DNA of 40,000 nucleotides from an uncultured Bacteroidales bacterium (GCA_963809855.1 CAWELF010000001.1:1573446-1613445); one strand, 5' to 3'. Shown: positions 9,822 through 20,224, counted from the first letter of the stretch. Numbers and translations: made by a program. Notes: generated from the sequence alone by a model not told the origin.

Positions 9822-11298
9822 ATGGCAAACAGGACGATAAACATGGAGGTTATAAAACAAATCGGGATTTTAAGCAAACTGGGGTATGGTAAAAAAGCTA
9901 TCGCCAGGGAACTGAATTTATCCAAAAACACAGTCAAGAGTTATCTTGCAAAAGATGATCAGGTAACAGAACAGGAACAAAACTCTCGCAGGGACGCCCT
10001 GTTTGACTTCTTTCCGTACGTTAAAAAAGAGCTTGGACGAAAGGGCGTTACAAGACAGATATTATGGGGTGAATACCGTTTAAAACACCCTGACGGATAT
10101 TGTTACGGACATTTTTGTGAGTACTACAATACCTGGCTTCAAAACAAGGATGCATCTCTTCATATTGAACAACTTCCCGGCGACAAAACATATATTGATT
10201 TTACAGGTTACAGGCCATCAATTGTTAATACTGAAACGGGTGAAATAAGAGAAGTAGAGGTCTTTGTATCGGTTCTTGGGTTTAGTGGTAAGACCTACGT
10301 CAGAGCCTGCGAGAGCCAGCAGAAGGTAGATTTGCTGCCATGCATTGTACGTTCCTTTGACTACTTTGGTGGTGTTACGAATGTACTGGTTCCTGATAAT
10401 ATGAGATCGGCAGTTGACAGAGCCAGTAATTATGAGGCAGATATAAACCGGGATCTTCTTGATCTTGGCAACCATTATGGAATGGCTATACTCCCTGCAC
10501 GTAGCCGTAAACCACGTGACAAGGCCTGGGTAGAGCGCATGGTTCAGATCATCTATACACGAATTTTTGCTCCACTTCGTAATCGGGTGTTTACAAGCCT
10601 GGATGAACTTAATGAAGCCATCTTTGAGCTTCTGGAGGTTCATAATAACCTTCCACTCCAAGGAAGAGAAGAAAGCCGCAATGATCTGTTTGAAGAAGAA
10701 AGAGTTTATCTGAAGCCATTGCCACAGGAGCGTTGGGAACTGAAAGAATACCTTCAGGTTAAGGTTATGAAAAACTGCTATGTCCAATTGCACAAAGACC
10801 GGCATTACTATAGTGTTCCTTATCAATATATCGGGAACAAGGTTAAGATAGTTTATACTGCAACACATGTCAGTGTATATCTCGCTGGAGAGCGGATTGC
10901 TTACCATTTACGGGATCGCAGACCACATAAGTACACAACGGTTAAAGAACATTCCCCCTTCAAGCCATCAGTTTGTAAGCGAATGGAATCCATCTAAGTT
11001 TACTGAGTGGGCCGGTCACATTCATCCGGATGTAAAAGCGTATATAGTTAATGTACTTGAAAATAAATCTTATCCCGAGCAAACCTACCGAAGCTGTGTT
11101 GGGATACTCTCCTTTGAGAAGAAAGCAGGCCGTGATCGTCTTATCGCTGCTTGTCAGAGAGCAACCGCCTTTGGTGCATTCAACTATAAAGTAATAGAAC
11201 AGATTATCAATAATAAGCTTGATCGTTTAGACACTAAAAAAGAAACCCTAACACTACCCTTACATGAAAACATACGAGGGGCAGAATACTATAAATAA
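9822..11298 (+). pseudogene. istA: IS21 transposase IstA, split into two frames
   Basis: ORFs 9822-10997 and 10867-11298 together read as one IstA (HTH, DDE core, C-terminal ...WNPSKFTEWAG...). The frame changes near the C5 run at 10954-10958. This is either a single-nt indel or a sequencing error. Confidence 0.75.
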
Positions 11299-11316
11299 AC
11301 CAATTAAAGTAAACCT

Positions 11317-12045
11317 ATGACACATGAAATCCAGCATTTAATGCAACAACTAAGACTCCCCGGAATGAGAGCTGCTTATGAAGGTATTGTATCGACAAAA
11401 AACATGCAATCAATAGATAATGATGAACTGCTCAACCTGCTATTACAGGCAGAATGGGACGAAAGAGAGAATTTAAAAGCCGGTCGCAGATTACAGAATG
11501 CAAAGTTCCGAATCAGGGCCAGTATGGAAGAAATAGATTTTTTTACTCCACGTGGGTTAAACAAAACACAGCTACTACGTTTTACTGACGGAAGCTTTGT
11601 AAAGAATGGAGAAAATGTTCTAATCACCGGACAAACGGGAGTGGGTAAAAGTTTTATAGCATCGGCATTGGGACATCAGGCATGTCAGCTTGGGTTTAAG
11701 GTCAATTACTTTATTGCACAGAAATTATTTACGATGCTCCGCATGTCAAAAGCAGATGAGTCGTACATAAGGCAGATAAAACGTATAGAAAAACAAGATC
11801 TGATTATCATTGATGATTTTGGTATGCAGCCACTTGATGATATGACCAGAATGATGTTACTTGAGATTATTGAGGACCGACACCAGAAATGCTCAACCAT
11901 TATAGCATCACAGCTACCCATTGACAAATGGTACGATGTAATCGGAGAAAACACTATAGCAGATGCAATACTTGACCGGCTGGTACATACTTCTCACAGA
12001 ATAGAATTATCAGGTGAGTCGATGAGAAAAAAGAAAAAAGTGTAA
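11317..12045 (+). CDS. istB: IS21 helper ATPase IstB
   Basis: 242 aa with Walker A (GQTGVGKSF) and Walker B (LIIIDDFG). Positioned after istA. Confidence 0.9.
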   Translation: MTHEIQHLMQQLRLPGMRAAYEGIVSTKNMQSIDNDELLNLLLQAEWDERENLKAGRRLQNAKFRIRASMEEIDFFTPRGLNKTQLLRFTDGSFVKNGENVLITGQTGVGKSFIASALGHQACQLGFKVNYFIAQKLFTMLRMSKADESYIRQIKRIEKQDLIIIDDFGMQPLDDMTRMMLLEIIEDRHQKCSTIIASQLPIDKWYDVIGENTIADAILDRLVHTSHRIELSGESMRKKKKV

Positions 12046-12165
12046 TTTTAAAAAGTTTTTAAGCGTTCATTGTAATCCGTTCTTCGGTTGCCCTTCGGGG
12101 ATAATGCCTCCGGCAAGGGGGTCAATTAACCTGAATGGGGGGTCAATTTGTCCTGAATAAACACA

Positions 12166-12357
12166 TTATATAAACGGAGAGCAAAAAACGCTGCCAACAG
12201 CGCGTCGGCCTGCAGCCCTACTGACTTTGTCTCGGCAGCAGGATGAGTCAGGGTACACCAAATTTAATAAGTGAAATGAAGTTACGAGCATAGACTTATA
12301 TAGCTGATTACGAATGTGTCCGGGCTGCAGAAGGCACTTAACTATACCATCCGTGTT
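12166..12357 (+). repeat. Structured repeat copy B, 3' part
   Basis: Resumes with TTATATAAACGGAGAGC and ends CTATACCATCCGTGTT. Confidence 0.9.
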
Positions 12358-12499
12358 AGCATTTCGGGCCAATTTTAAAACTGTCACTGGTAACCAAATT
12401 TTATGTTGATCGCATGATATCTTGGTCATGTATATTTTAATCGAAATTTAGCCTTGTCTTGCATTGTTAATTCGCATGAAGAATTGGATCTGTCCAGTT

Positions 12500-13474
12500 T
12501 TATCCTACGTAGCTTATTTCATATTTATTTGCACTTATTGATCTTATTTTTATTGGTTTAGAGCCAAGAGTCGAACTTGATTCTCTATTTAAGTTAACCA
12601 TAGACGTCTGGATGTTATTAGTCAAAATATATTTGAGAATTTCCCTTTTTTCTTTTCTTTTTTTTCTCAATTTCACGACCTGTCTTTCATGCGTACTTTG
12701 ATCGTTTAAATACTCATTGATCTCGAAAAAACTGTACCCTAAGATGATTTCTTTTATTGCCTTTGGATTAAAATAGAATTTTCGATTATGTGCTTTAGGC
12801 AAATCTCTATTGGGCACCTTCATAACATTTGGCCCATAAAATATTAAACGCCATTCATTTTCATGATCCCAACACTGAGCCTTTATATTTGATTGATAAA
12901 TGAAGCTAGCCCTATTAAATTTATTATATTCAATCTTTTCAAAATTGTCTGTATAATTGATTGGAAAAGGTCCCCAGTAATTTTTAGGAAAGTAGCTTAA
13001 ATCAAATTTTACAGCATAACCTTGATGCTTTGAATAATATGACCACATTTCCATGCTTTCACAATTTGTTGTGGCACAGAAAATTCCAACTTTCATGTAA
13101 ATAACATTATACAAAAGCCAATTTAATTGTTTAGATAGATTCAACTTATCCTCTAATTTTGTAGAATTGAACAATTCTGTCAATTTGGTTGGCTCGAAAA
13201 TCCCATCATTTAATTCCAAGATATCCTTGATACTTGTATTGTCAAATGTGATCAGTTCTTTATTACAATCAAAAGGATCGTTGAAATTATAAGGGTGCCC
13301 GGCAAACACATAATGATCGAGAATAGAATTTATATGTTCTGTATTTAGCTCATAGAAATGATATAATTCAATTGGAATTTCTTTGAATTTATCAGATTTG
13401 ATCTGAAATATATCACTCTCTGAATCGATATTTAAGTCAACGAAATAACTGAACCGATTGAAGGTATGTTTCAT
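12500..13474 (-). CDS. DUF2971-like protein
   Basis: 324-aa ORF. Motifs PYNFNDPFDCNKE, GIFCAT, EMWSYYSKHQGYAVKF and ENEWRLIF. Paralog of 8160-8927. Confidence 0.7.
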   Translation of the reverse strand: MKHTFNRFSYFVDLNIDSESDIFQIKSDKFKEIPIELYHFYELNTEHINSILDHYVFAGHPYNFNDPFDCNKELITFDNTSIKDILELNDGIFEPTKLTELFNSTKLEDKLNLSKQLNWLLYNVIYMKVGIFCATTNCESMEMWSYYSKHQGYAVKFDLSYFPKNYWGPFPINYTDNFEKIEYNKFNRASFIYQSNIKAQCWDHENEWRLIFYGPNVMKVPNRDLPKAHNRKFYFNPKAIKEIILGYSFFEINEYLNDQSTHERQVVKLRKKRKEKREILKYILTNNIQTSMVNLNRESSSTLGSKPIKIRSISANKYEISYVG

Positions 13475-13525
13475 TGTGCGTAAATTATGTTAATTATGTT
13501 GTTGAACTTGTTTAGAACAACTTTC

Positions 13526-13918
13526 TCAGTAGTAAATGACGCCTTTCTCATCTGGTACGGTTTTTAATTTTAATGAACCGGTAGAATAATCATGGTATTG
13601 CCAAGAATATTCTTTGTATTCCATTACATAACTTTTCTCTTTCACTCCCCAATAATCTTTGATTACCAACTGGATCTGGTTATTATCGATCTCAGGAAGC
13701 AAAATATCATAGGTCTTTTTGTGAAAAACAAAGGAAACGAACCATATAAAACCTATAATAGAAAAAAGGTATTGAAGATTTTTTATAACTACATCGAGAT
13801 TGATCCTTTTCAATACTAACTCCAATAATTTGTTTCCAATAATAAGGATGATTGTCATTCCTGCTATAGCAGCAAGAAATATTAATAGATATGTGAAATG
13901 GAAAACAGTGAGTACCAT
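13526..13918 (-). CDS. Small membrane protein (2 predicted TM helices)
   Basis: 130-aa ORF with hydrophobic segments FHFTYLLIFLAAIAGMTIILII and LFSIIGFIWFVSFVF. Confidence 0.55.
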   Translation of the reverse strand: MVLTVFHFTYLLIFLAAIAGMTIILIIGNKLLELVLKRINLDVVIKNLQYLFSIIGFIWFVSFVFHKKTYDILLPEIDNNQIQLVIKDYWGVKEKSYVMEYKEYSWQYHDYSTGSLKLKTVPDEKGVIYY

Positions 13919-13964
13919 GATCGATATTATTTAAAAGTTAATATTTATAAATCTTTTATTCCCT

Positions 13965-14570
13965 TTACTTATTATAATCTTGAATAAATTTATGTAATTC
14001 TTCAAATCCAATATAAGAATCATTTTCTCCTAAGTCAGCTTTTAACCAATTTAAGAGTTTTTGAATCTGAGCATTTTTATAAATTGATTCTATATATGCA
14101 AAGAATCCATTCTCCAAATAATCTATTCCAATTAAATTATTAATCCGATACATGTTTAGATCTTCAAAATGATTAAGAAGAACATCTTCAATTTCTAAAG
14201 TTGAATAGGAGTCCTTGACATTCACAAGAAGCTTTATTGAGTCGTTTTGAAAATATTTAGCTCTTGCTTTATTTAGGGCAAAATAAGCATAATCAACTTT
14301 TGAGCTTGAATCTTTTAAAATCTTAAATTCCAGCAAGTTATTATTAAATAGAAACATTAATGTTCTCTCTTCTTCATTGAAAAAGTCAATTTTAATCTTA
14401 TGTGCAAAATCGGCCTTTAAAGAATCAGTATAGCGATGAAGTTGAAAAACTGTACAAAACATCAAAATCAATGTGGCGGCCGTGGTTATCAATGTGACTT
14501 TTTCAATTGGCTTGGCTTTTCCTTTTTTTTGGAATTTTTCTTGTTCCTGTTCTTGATCATTATTTTCCAT
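13965..14570 (-). CDS. Membrane-anchored hypothetical protein
   Basis: 201-aa ORF. Charged N-terminus followed by the TM segment VTLITTAATLILMFCTVF. Confidence 0.55.
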   Translation of the reverse strand: MENNDQEQEQEKFQKKGKAKPIEKVTLITTAATLILMFCTVFQLHRYTDSLKADFAHKIKIDFFNEEERTLMFLFNNNLLEFKILKDSSSKVDYAYFALNKARAKYFQNDSIKLLVNVKDSYSTLEIEDVLLNHFEDLNMYRINNLIGIDYLENGFFAYIESIYKNAQIQKLLNWLKADLGENDSYIGFEELHKFIQDYNK

Positions 14571-14606
14571 AGTCGTATTCTTTTTTGTAATGTGCTTAAG
14601 TCTGAA

Positions 14607-15218
14607 TTATTTCGAGTATTTTCTCATAAAGAGATTCACTCCCTCTAGCATAAGAGAAATTCTTTGTTTATCAGAAACTTCCTCCCATTCTCCATGTGCT
14701 GCATGATTTCTAAGTCCAGCCCATGAAGTAATATCTTTAGAGTCCTGCTTTGTTATAAAATCAGCCTCTTTTAGTAGTTTGCAATATGCATCAATGGATG
14801 GTTTAAATTGTCCCAATTTTAAATTTTGTTCTTCAGTCCAGTTTCGCAAAAATTCTTCCAATGAGGCTCCAATAAGAACACACGGAGTGGCTGGATGAAT
14901 ATTTTTTGTATTAAGCAATTCATTCGCCTGTTCAAGGAAATCTGATACAACATCCAACTGAGCACGTCTTTCAATGGATATGCCATTCGCTAATCCATTT
15001 TCATAAAATCTTATAAAAGCGTTTAGTGTGTCCTTCACGAAATTAATAGTATAATCATCGTCCCAATTTTGATTTAATTCTCGAATTTGCCGGTGAAAGG
15101 AGCTTTTTTCTCCCGCATAAATTCTTAAAAACTCTAAAGCTTCAGCAAGTAAACTCGGAGCGGAAACTTTGTTGGCAATTATCTGTCTTGCAAATTTTAC
15201 TAAATCTTCTTTTTCCAT
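14607..15218 (-). CDS. HEPN-domain-like protein (putative RNase)
   Basis: 203-aa ORF. The C-terminal motif GLRNHAAHG fits the HEPN Rx4H signature. First gene of a four-gene minus-strand module. Confidence 0.5.
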   Translation of the reverse strand: MEKEDLVKFARQIIANKVSAPSLLAEALEFLRIYAGEKSSFHRQIRELNQNWDDDYTINFVKDTLNAFIRFYENGLANGISIERRAQLDVVSDFLEQANELLNTKNIHPATPCVLIGASLEEFLRNWTEEQNLKLGQFKPSIDAYCKLLKEADFITKQDSKDITSWAGLRNHAAHGEWEEVSDKQRISLMLEGVNLFMRKYSK

Positions 15219-15468
15219 GCTGGTATTTATTAATAAAACTTAGAGATCAATTCGAGTCAATTTTTATTCTGAAAAAATATTTGATGTTTAAATAAACTAG
15301 CAAAAACTCGCTTAAGAATAGGCAAAAATCAAAGTTAATAAGTATTCTGAATTCCGGTGGTTAGTGAGATTTTGCTTTTGACCGTTAGCATTTCGGGCCA
15401 ATTGTCATCGATACGTAACTGTCACGCTATGTGTAAATTGTCAGCGGTGTAGTGTTCGTGGGGTCGAG

Positions 15469-17342
15469 TAGGTAAGGGGGAGTTACACCCCCAAACCTCT
15501 CACGGAACCGTACGTGATACTCTCGCATCATACGGCTCTTGTTACACAAAAGATTAAGCGGTTTGGAATACATACTGCCAGTGAACAAACAGACCCGGAT
15601 AGCACTTTGCAAGATTCCTGATCCAATCACCAGCTTTGTTCATACTCCGATGAAACCTCTTATACTTTCTTGCCGCCCACAGAATCAGCCGGTAGTGAAA
15701 GATCCGGAAAATTCTCATCAACTTATGAATCCTGAACCGACCATAGTAATTAATCCATCCTCGGATTTTAGGGTTAAACTCCTTTGCAATCCAATAGATA
15801 TCTTTACCAGACCAGCGCTGAAACATAGATTTTCTAAACTCTTCCACAATCTTATTCTCACTCTTTCGGCTAATAGCACAATCGTAACCCAGGAACATTT
15901 CACCATTTTTGTTCGATGTTGAACGTGGTTGAAAACTGAAGCCCAGAAAGTCAAATTTTACTGTCTTAAATTTATCCTTACGGTTATCTTTCTTACAGTA
16001 AACAATCTTGGTCTTCTTTTCATTAAGCTCTAACCTGGACTTCCTTAGCCTATCACGTATGGCATTCAATACGCCTTCTGCTTCCGTTTGGCTGTTGCAG
16101 TGAACTACTATATCATCTGCATACCTCACAAAGCTTAAGGCTGGATAATTAATCTCAAGCCATCTGTCAAGGGCATAGTGTAGGAACAGGTTAGCCAGAA
16201 GGGGGCTTATTACCCCTCCTTGAGGCGTTCCTTTACCATCCCGCAAGTGTTGGTTTCCTTTGCGATCTTCAATAGGTGCCTGAAGCCATCTTGTTATGTA
16301 CATCTTCACCCATTTTTCTTGTACATGTCTTTCGAGAGCTTTTAAAAGTAGCTCATGAGACATGTTGTCAAAGAAACCGGATATGTCCATGTCGATTACC
16401 CAATGGTAGCGTCGCACGTTCTTGCGAACCTGCTCAACTGCCTGATGGGCATCCTTTAGTGGTCGATACCCGTAAGACTTCAAAGAGAACACTGCTTCGA
16501 GTCTTGGCTCAAGGTAGCTCGTAATGACTTGTTGAGCCACCCTGTCCCCGACTGTCGGAATGCCTAGCTTTCGCTTTCTTCCATCATCCTTGGGGATTTC
16601 TACTTCAAGCACCGGAGGAGGGAAGTAACTGCCGGAACTCATCCGATTCCATAGCATGTACAGATTGTCTTGAAGACGTTCCTCGTACATTTCGATGGTC
16701 TCATCATCTATCCCTGCTGCTCCTTTGTTGCTCCGTACTTTCTTGAAGGCTTCCCATACCATTCTTTTGGCAATAGGTATACTTTTCGTCTCGGCTCCGC
16801 TACACCTCCCCCCTTTTGGGGTTGCTAGTGGTAACCTCAACTGTGTAACCTCAGCCCTTCGCTCCACTCCCATTACAGGAGCTTCAACACTACTATGACT
16901 GAGTCCGATTTCATACAAATCATCGGTATTTAGCCTCACAGGTGTTTCCCCTGCTTGTGCCTTTCCCTTTCCATTTTTGTATGACCTCCCTTGTTCCATA
17001 ACTAAGCCTGAATAGACCTCATGCCTCCTCTATGACGCCAGCCGTGTAGCCAGTAAGCAGGTATCCGCTACACTCCTCCCCCGGCATCATGGACCGTTGG
17101 GTTTTGACTGGATGTTCGTTTTCACGGCACCTCATCAGAGGTTCACTTTCGTTCATCTTTTCTATTCTTACCTAATCCTTTCGACAGGACTTTTTCCCCA
17201 TTCCGTTCAATACCTCCCAGTCACCCGGAAAGCACCGTGGGGCGGTTTGCAGGAATCGCCTGTACGACACCTGCGGAGGGCCAACCTCCATCTTAATTAC
17301 AGCATCGACATCGGTCTCTCGATCGTTGTCGGCAAGGCACAC
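15469..17342 (-). mobile_element. Group II intron (~1.87 kb), boundaries +/- 5 nt
   Basis: Minus-strand 5' end reads GTGTGCCTTGCCG at 17342. Domain V, GAGCCGTATGATGCGAGAGTATCACGTACGGTTC, is at 15538-15505. The domain VI hairpin GGGGGTGTAACTCCCCCTTACCTAC ends near 15469. The RT/maturase ORF sits in domain IV. Confidence 0.85.
15554..16999 (-). CDS. Group II intron reverse transcriptase/maturase
   Basis: 481-aa ORF with RT motifs GTPQGGVISPLLANLFL and FVRYADDIVVHC, followed by a maturase-like region. No HNH endonuclease domain is recognisable after it. Confidence 0.9.
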   Translation of the reverse strand: MEQGRSYKNGKGKAQAGETPVRLNTDDLYEIGLSHSSVEAPVMGVERRAEVTQLRLPLATPKGGRCSGAETKSIPIAKRMVWEAFKKVRSNKGAAGIDDETIEMYEERLQDNLYMLWNRMSSGSYFPPPVLEVEIPKDDGRKRKLGIPTVGDRVAQQVITSYLEPRLEAVFSLKSYGYRPLKDAHQAVEQVRKNVRRYHWVIDMDISGFFDNMSHELLLKALERHVQEKWVKMYITRWLQAPIEDRKGNQHLRDGKGTPQGGVISPLLANLFLHYALDRWLEINYPALSFVRYADDIVVHCNSQTEAEGVLNAIRDRLRKSRLELNEKKTKIVYCKKDNRKDKFKTVKFDFLGFSFQPRSTSNKNGEMFLGYDCAISRKSENKIVEEFRKSMFQRWSGKDIYWIAKEFNPKIRGWINYYGRFRIHKLMRIFRIFHYRLILWAARKYKRFHRSMNKAGDWIRNLAKCYPGLFVHWQYVFQTA

Positions 17343-17352
17343 CATAGCAGCT

Positions 17353-17696
17353 AACGGCTCGGTGGTATGGTTAGGTGCCGTCTGTGTCAGGGTTGGCAAG
17401 TTTTTTGCCAGTCACGGTAAACGGACGCAAGTTGTCTGGTCACGGTAAAAGCCGATTACGTATGAGTCCCGGTAATGAAAACGCCATTTACTTGTCACGG
17501 TGCATTTTATAAACGGAGAGCAAAAAACGCTGCCAACTGCGCGTCGGCCTGCAGCCCTATTGACTTTGTCTCGGGTGCAGGATGAGTCAGGGTACACCAA
17601 ATTTAATAAGAGAAATGAAATTTGGAGCATAGACTTATGTAGCTGATTACGAATGTGTCCGGGCTGCAGAAGGCACTTAACTATACCATCCGTGTT
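17353..17696 (+). repeat. Structured repeat copy C
   Basis: Full-length alignment with the other copies. Starts 10 nt from the intron 5' end. Confidence 0.9.
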
Positions 17697-17860
17697 ATAT
17701 TTAGGCAAGTATTAAAATTGTCTCGGTTGTAAAATTTGTCATGTTTAATTGAATGTATCTGAAATCGAAGGTGCGAAATGTTTGCTTTTAAAGTCCCGGT
17801 CTCAGAAAAGTGCAATTTAAGGTCCTGATAAGTTTGTAAATAAGTAATAAGCTGAGTTCA

Positions 17861-18433
17861 TTAAAATTGATCAACATTCTTGTTGTTCTTGTTCTTTTCT
17901 ACTATGTCATAAAGAGATGTCGATTGATAGATAAGGTTAATAGCGGGTATTTTATTAATTTCTACTGATATTGCATTTGTTAAGACCCACACGGTGCTTA
18001 TATCGGTATATCCACCTTTAACTGCCATTACAAAATCATCATCTCCATCTTTATAAGGGTATCTGAAATTTCTTGTTTCTTCCCCTCTCCCATATTTAGT
18101 CGTAATTATTTGACATATTTCGTTGTATTTACTCTGAATATCTTCATCATCAACGATATAATATGCCCCGATTTCGAATAATTTATTATCAACGAATTTC
18201 GCAATTACAAGTGAAGCAATTGTTGATCCTATCTTTACTTCATTATAGTTAATTCCGAAACCATAAGATTGTGATGTTCTAGACTTAAAAGTACCATATT
18301 TATTCAATACAGCTTTAAAGTCCGTCTCATTCATGCCGAATGTCAAACCTAAAGGCGGTGTAATTATTTTCTCTTGAGCAAAAATCATAGAGGAAACAAA
18401 AACAAGAAGACTAATAATTAATGCTTTTTTCAT
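17861..18433 (-). CDS. Secreted hypothetical protein
   Basis: 190-aa ORF with signal peptide MKKALIISLLVFVSSMIFAQ. Confidence 0.65.
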   Translation of the reverse strand: MKKALIISLLVFVSSMIFAQEKIITPPLGLTFGMNETDFKAVLNKYGTFKSRTSQSYGFGINYNEVKIGSTIASLVIAKFVDNKLFEIGAYYIVDDEDIQSKYNEICQIITTKYGRGEETRNFRYPYKDGDDDFVMAVKGGYTDISTVWVLTNAISVEINKIPAINLIYQSTSLYDIVEKNKNNKNVDQF

Positions 18434-18608
18434 AATTAATTGGATTAGAGTTAAACGATAAGATATTTAAGTTTTGTTTGAAATTGTTGTCAGATCTGTT
18501 CAACTTTTGCTTTGCTTTATACTCATTTTAGTATCAAACAAATGTTGAAAGTTATATTTAGGCAAATCAAAGTTGAATCTTTAGTCACGGCCCACATTGC
18601 TTAAATAT

Positions 18609-18951
18609 AACGGCCCGGTGGTATGGTTAGGTGCCGTCTGTGTCGGGGTTGGCGAGTTTTTTGCCAGTCCCGGTAAACGGACGCAAGGTGTCCCGTCACG
18701 GTAAAAGCCGATTACGTATTAGTCCCGGTAGTGAAAACGTAGTTACTTGTCACGGTGCATTTTATAAACGGAGAGCAAAAAACGCTGCCAACTGCGCGTC
18801 GGCCTGCAGCCCTACTGATTTTGTCTCGGCAGCAGGATGAGTCAAGGTGTGCAAAATTTAATAAGTGAAATGAAGTTTGGAGCATAGACTTTAAGAGTTG
18901 ATTATCAAGCTGTCAGGGCTGCAGAAGGCACTTAACTATACCATCCGTGTT
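18609..18951 (+). repeat. Structured repeat copy D
   Basis: Full-length alignment with the other copies. Confidence 0.9.
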
Positions 18952-19062
18952 ATGGTTAGTGATGCGTTAAAATTGTCTAGCTGTAACAAATTTGTCTCGG
19001 TTTACGAAATTTGTTCAGTTTTTCGAGTCCAGGTAAGGGAGTCGAGTGATGGTTAGTTTTTT

Positions 19063-19254
19063 TTATTTCGTCTTCGGTCTGGCTACTAAAAAATCTCGTA
19101 TTCCAATCCAAACTAGATAGATAGCGACTAATCCAAGAATAGTAATTTTTACTGGCAGGCTCTTAATTGGGAGATCAGTTGTTGTCCAGGTTATTAGCCC
19201 AACAATCCAAATCGTCCATTGAATTAGATAATAGATAATTGCTAGAATTTTCAT
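19063..19254 (-). CDS. Small membrane protein (2 TM helices)
   Basis: 63-aa ORF, almost entirely hydrophobic. It is the only ORF in this inter-repeat segment. Confidence 0.45.
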   Translation of the reverse strand: MKILAIIYYLIQWTIWIVGLITWTTTDLPIKSLPVKITILGLVAIYLVWIGIRDFLVARPKTK

Positions 19255-19498
19255 TTTGAGTTTAAAGTTGGTTTGTAAATATTATGGTTAGTGAAGTATT
19301 AATATTGTCTAGAATCAAAAAAGTTGTCTCATCATCAGAGATTTGTCAAGATAATCAATCTCTATAGAACGGCAAAACGCTTCTCATCAAATTGAATTCG
19401 TCTAGGTAACTTGTCTGTATAGAAGGACGAGACTCCTTTTTTTGTTATGGTTAGTGTTTGAAAGCTGTCTAATGTGCAGGAATTCAATCATTAACCAT

Positions 19499-19842
19499 AA
19501 CGGCTCGGTGGTATAGTTAGGTGCCGTCTGTGTCAGGGTTGGCGAGTTTTTTGCCAGTCCCGGTAGATGGACGCAAGGTATCTGGTCACGGTAAAAGCCG
19601 ATTACGTAGGAGTCCCGGTAATGAAAACGCCATTTACTTGTCACGGTGCATTATATAAACGCAGAGCAAAAAACGCTGCCAACTGCGCGTCGGCCTGCAG
19701 CCCCATTGATTTTGTCTCGGGTGCAGGATGAGTCAGGGTACACAAAGTTTAATAAGTGATTTGAAGTTTCGAGCATAGACTTATGTAGCTGATTACGAAT
19801 GTGTCCGGGCTGCAGAAGGCACTTAACTATACCATCCGTGTT
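19499..19842 (+). repeat. Structured repeat copy E
   Basis: Full-length alignment with the other copies. Confidence 0.9.
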
Positions 19843-19889
19843 ATGTTTAGACGAGGGTTAAAAGTCTCTCGTCAAGACGAACTGAGTCA

Positions 19890-20213
19890 CTATGCAATGA
19901 CGAAACTATTACCCTCAAGCTCAACCTGCATTTTAATCTTTGCCTTAAGAGCTGTAAACACTTTTAGTATTGTAGATAGTGTCACATTACCAGTATGATT
20001 TTCAAGTCTAGATATTTGAGCTTTCTGAACACCAATGAGGTCTCCTAATTGCTCCTGTGTTAATTTTCTCTCGATTCTGGTCTGCTTTATTAGCTCGCCA
20101 AGAACGTCCATTTGCAAATCATATTCGTATTGTTCTCTCTCGGTGGTACCCTTTTTACCAATGAACTCATCTTTGATCTCGTCTAGGGAATATTTTTTAA
20201 GTTTCTTTTCCAT
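19890..20213 (-). CDS. XRE-family HTH antitoxin (HigA-like)
   Basis: 107-aa ORF with the HTH LTQEQLGDLIGVQKAQISRLEN. It lies 11 nt downstream of the toxin gene. Confidence 0.75.
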   Translation of the reverse strand: MEKKLKKYSLDEIKDEFIGKKGTTEREQYEYDLQMDVLGELIKQTRIERKLTQEQLGDLIGVQKAQISRLENHTGNVTLSTILKVFTALKAKIKMQVELEGNSFVIA

Positions 20214-20224
20214 AATCTTCGTTT

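Larger units (their letters stand above)
9622..12165 (+). mobile_element. IS21-family insertion sequence (2544 bp)
   Basis: Imperfect terminal inverted repeats: TGTATATTCAGAAATCTATTGACC and the complement of GGTCAATTTGTCCTGAATAAACACA. Both ends carry multiple ATTGACCCCC repeats. The 5-bp duplication TTATA sits at 9617-9621 and 12166-12170, and removing the IS restores the repeat consensus GCATTATATAAACG. It carries istA and istB. Confidence 0.9.

Noticed and set aside
9629-9937. The 102-aa minus-strand ORF at the left end of the IS21 element might be a gene.
   Set aside because: It is built from the repeated ATTGACCCCC terminal repeats (giving GGQL-type repeats) and overlaps the istA start. 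It is a frame artefact.
15427-17399. ORFs within the group II intron RNA might be genes: 15427-15630, 15539-15922, 15718-15954, 16276-16524, 16695-16898, 17097-17354 and 17172-17399.
   Set aside because: They overlap the RT gene in other frames or lie in the structured ribozyme domains I-III and V-VI.
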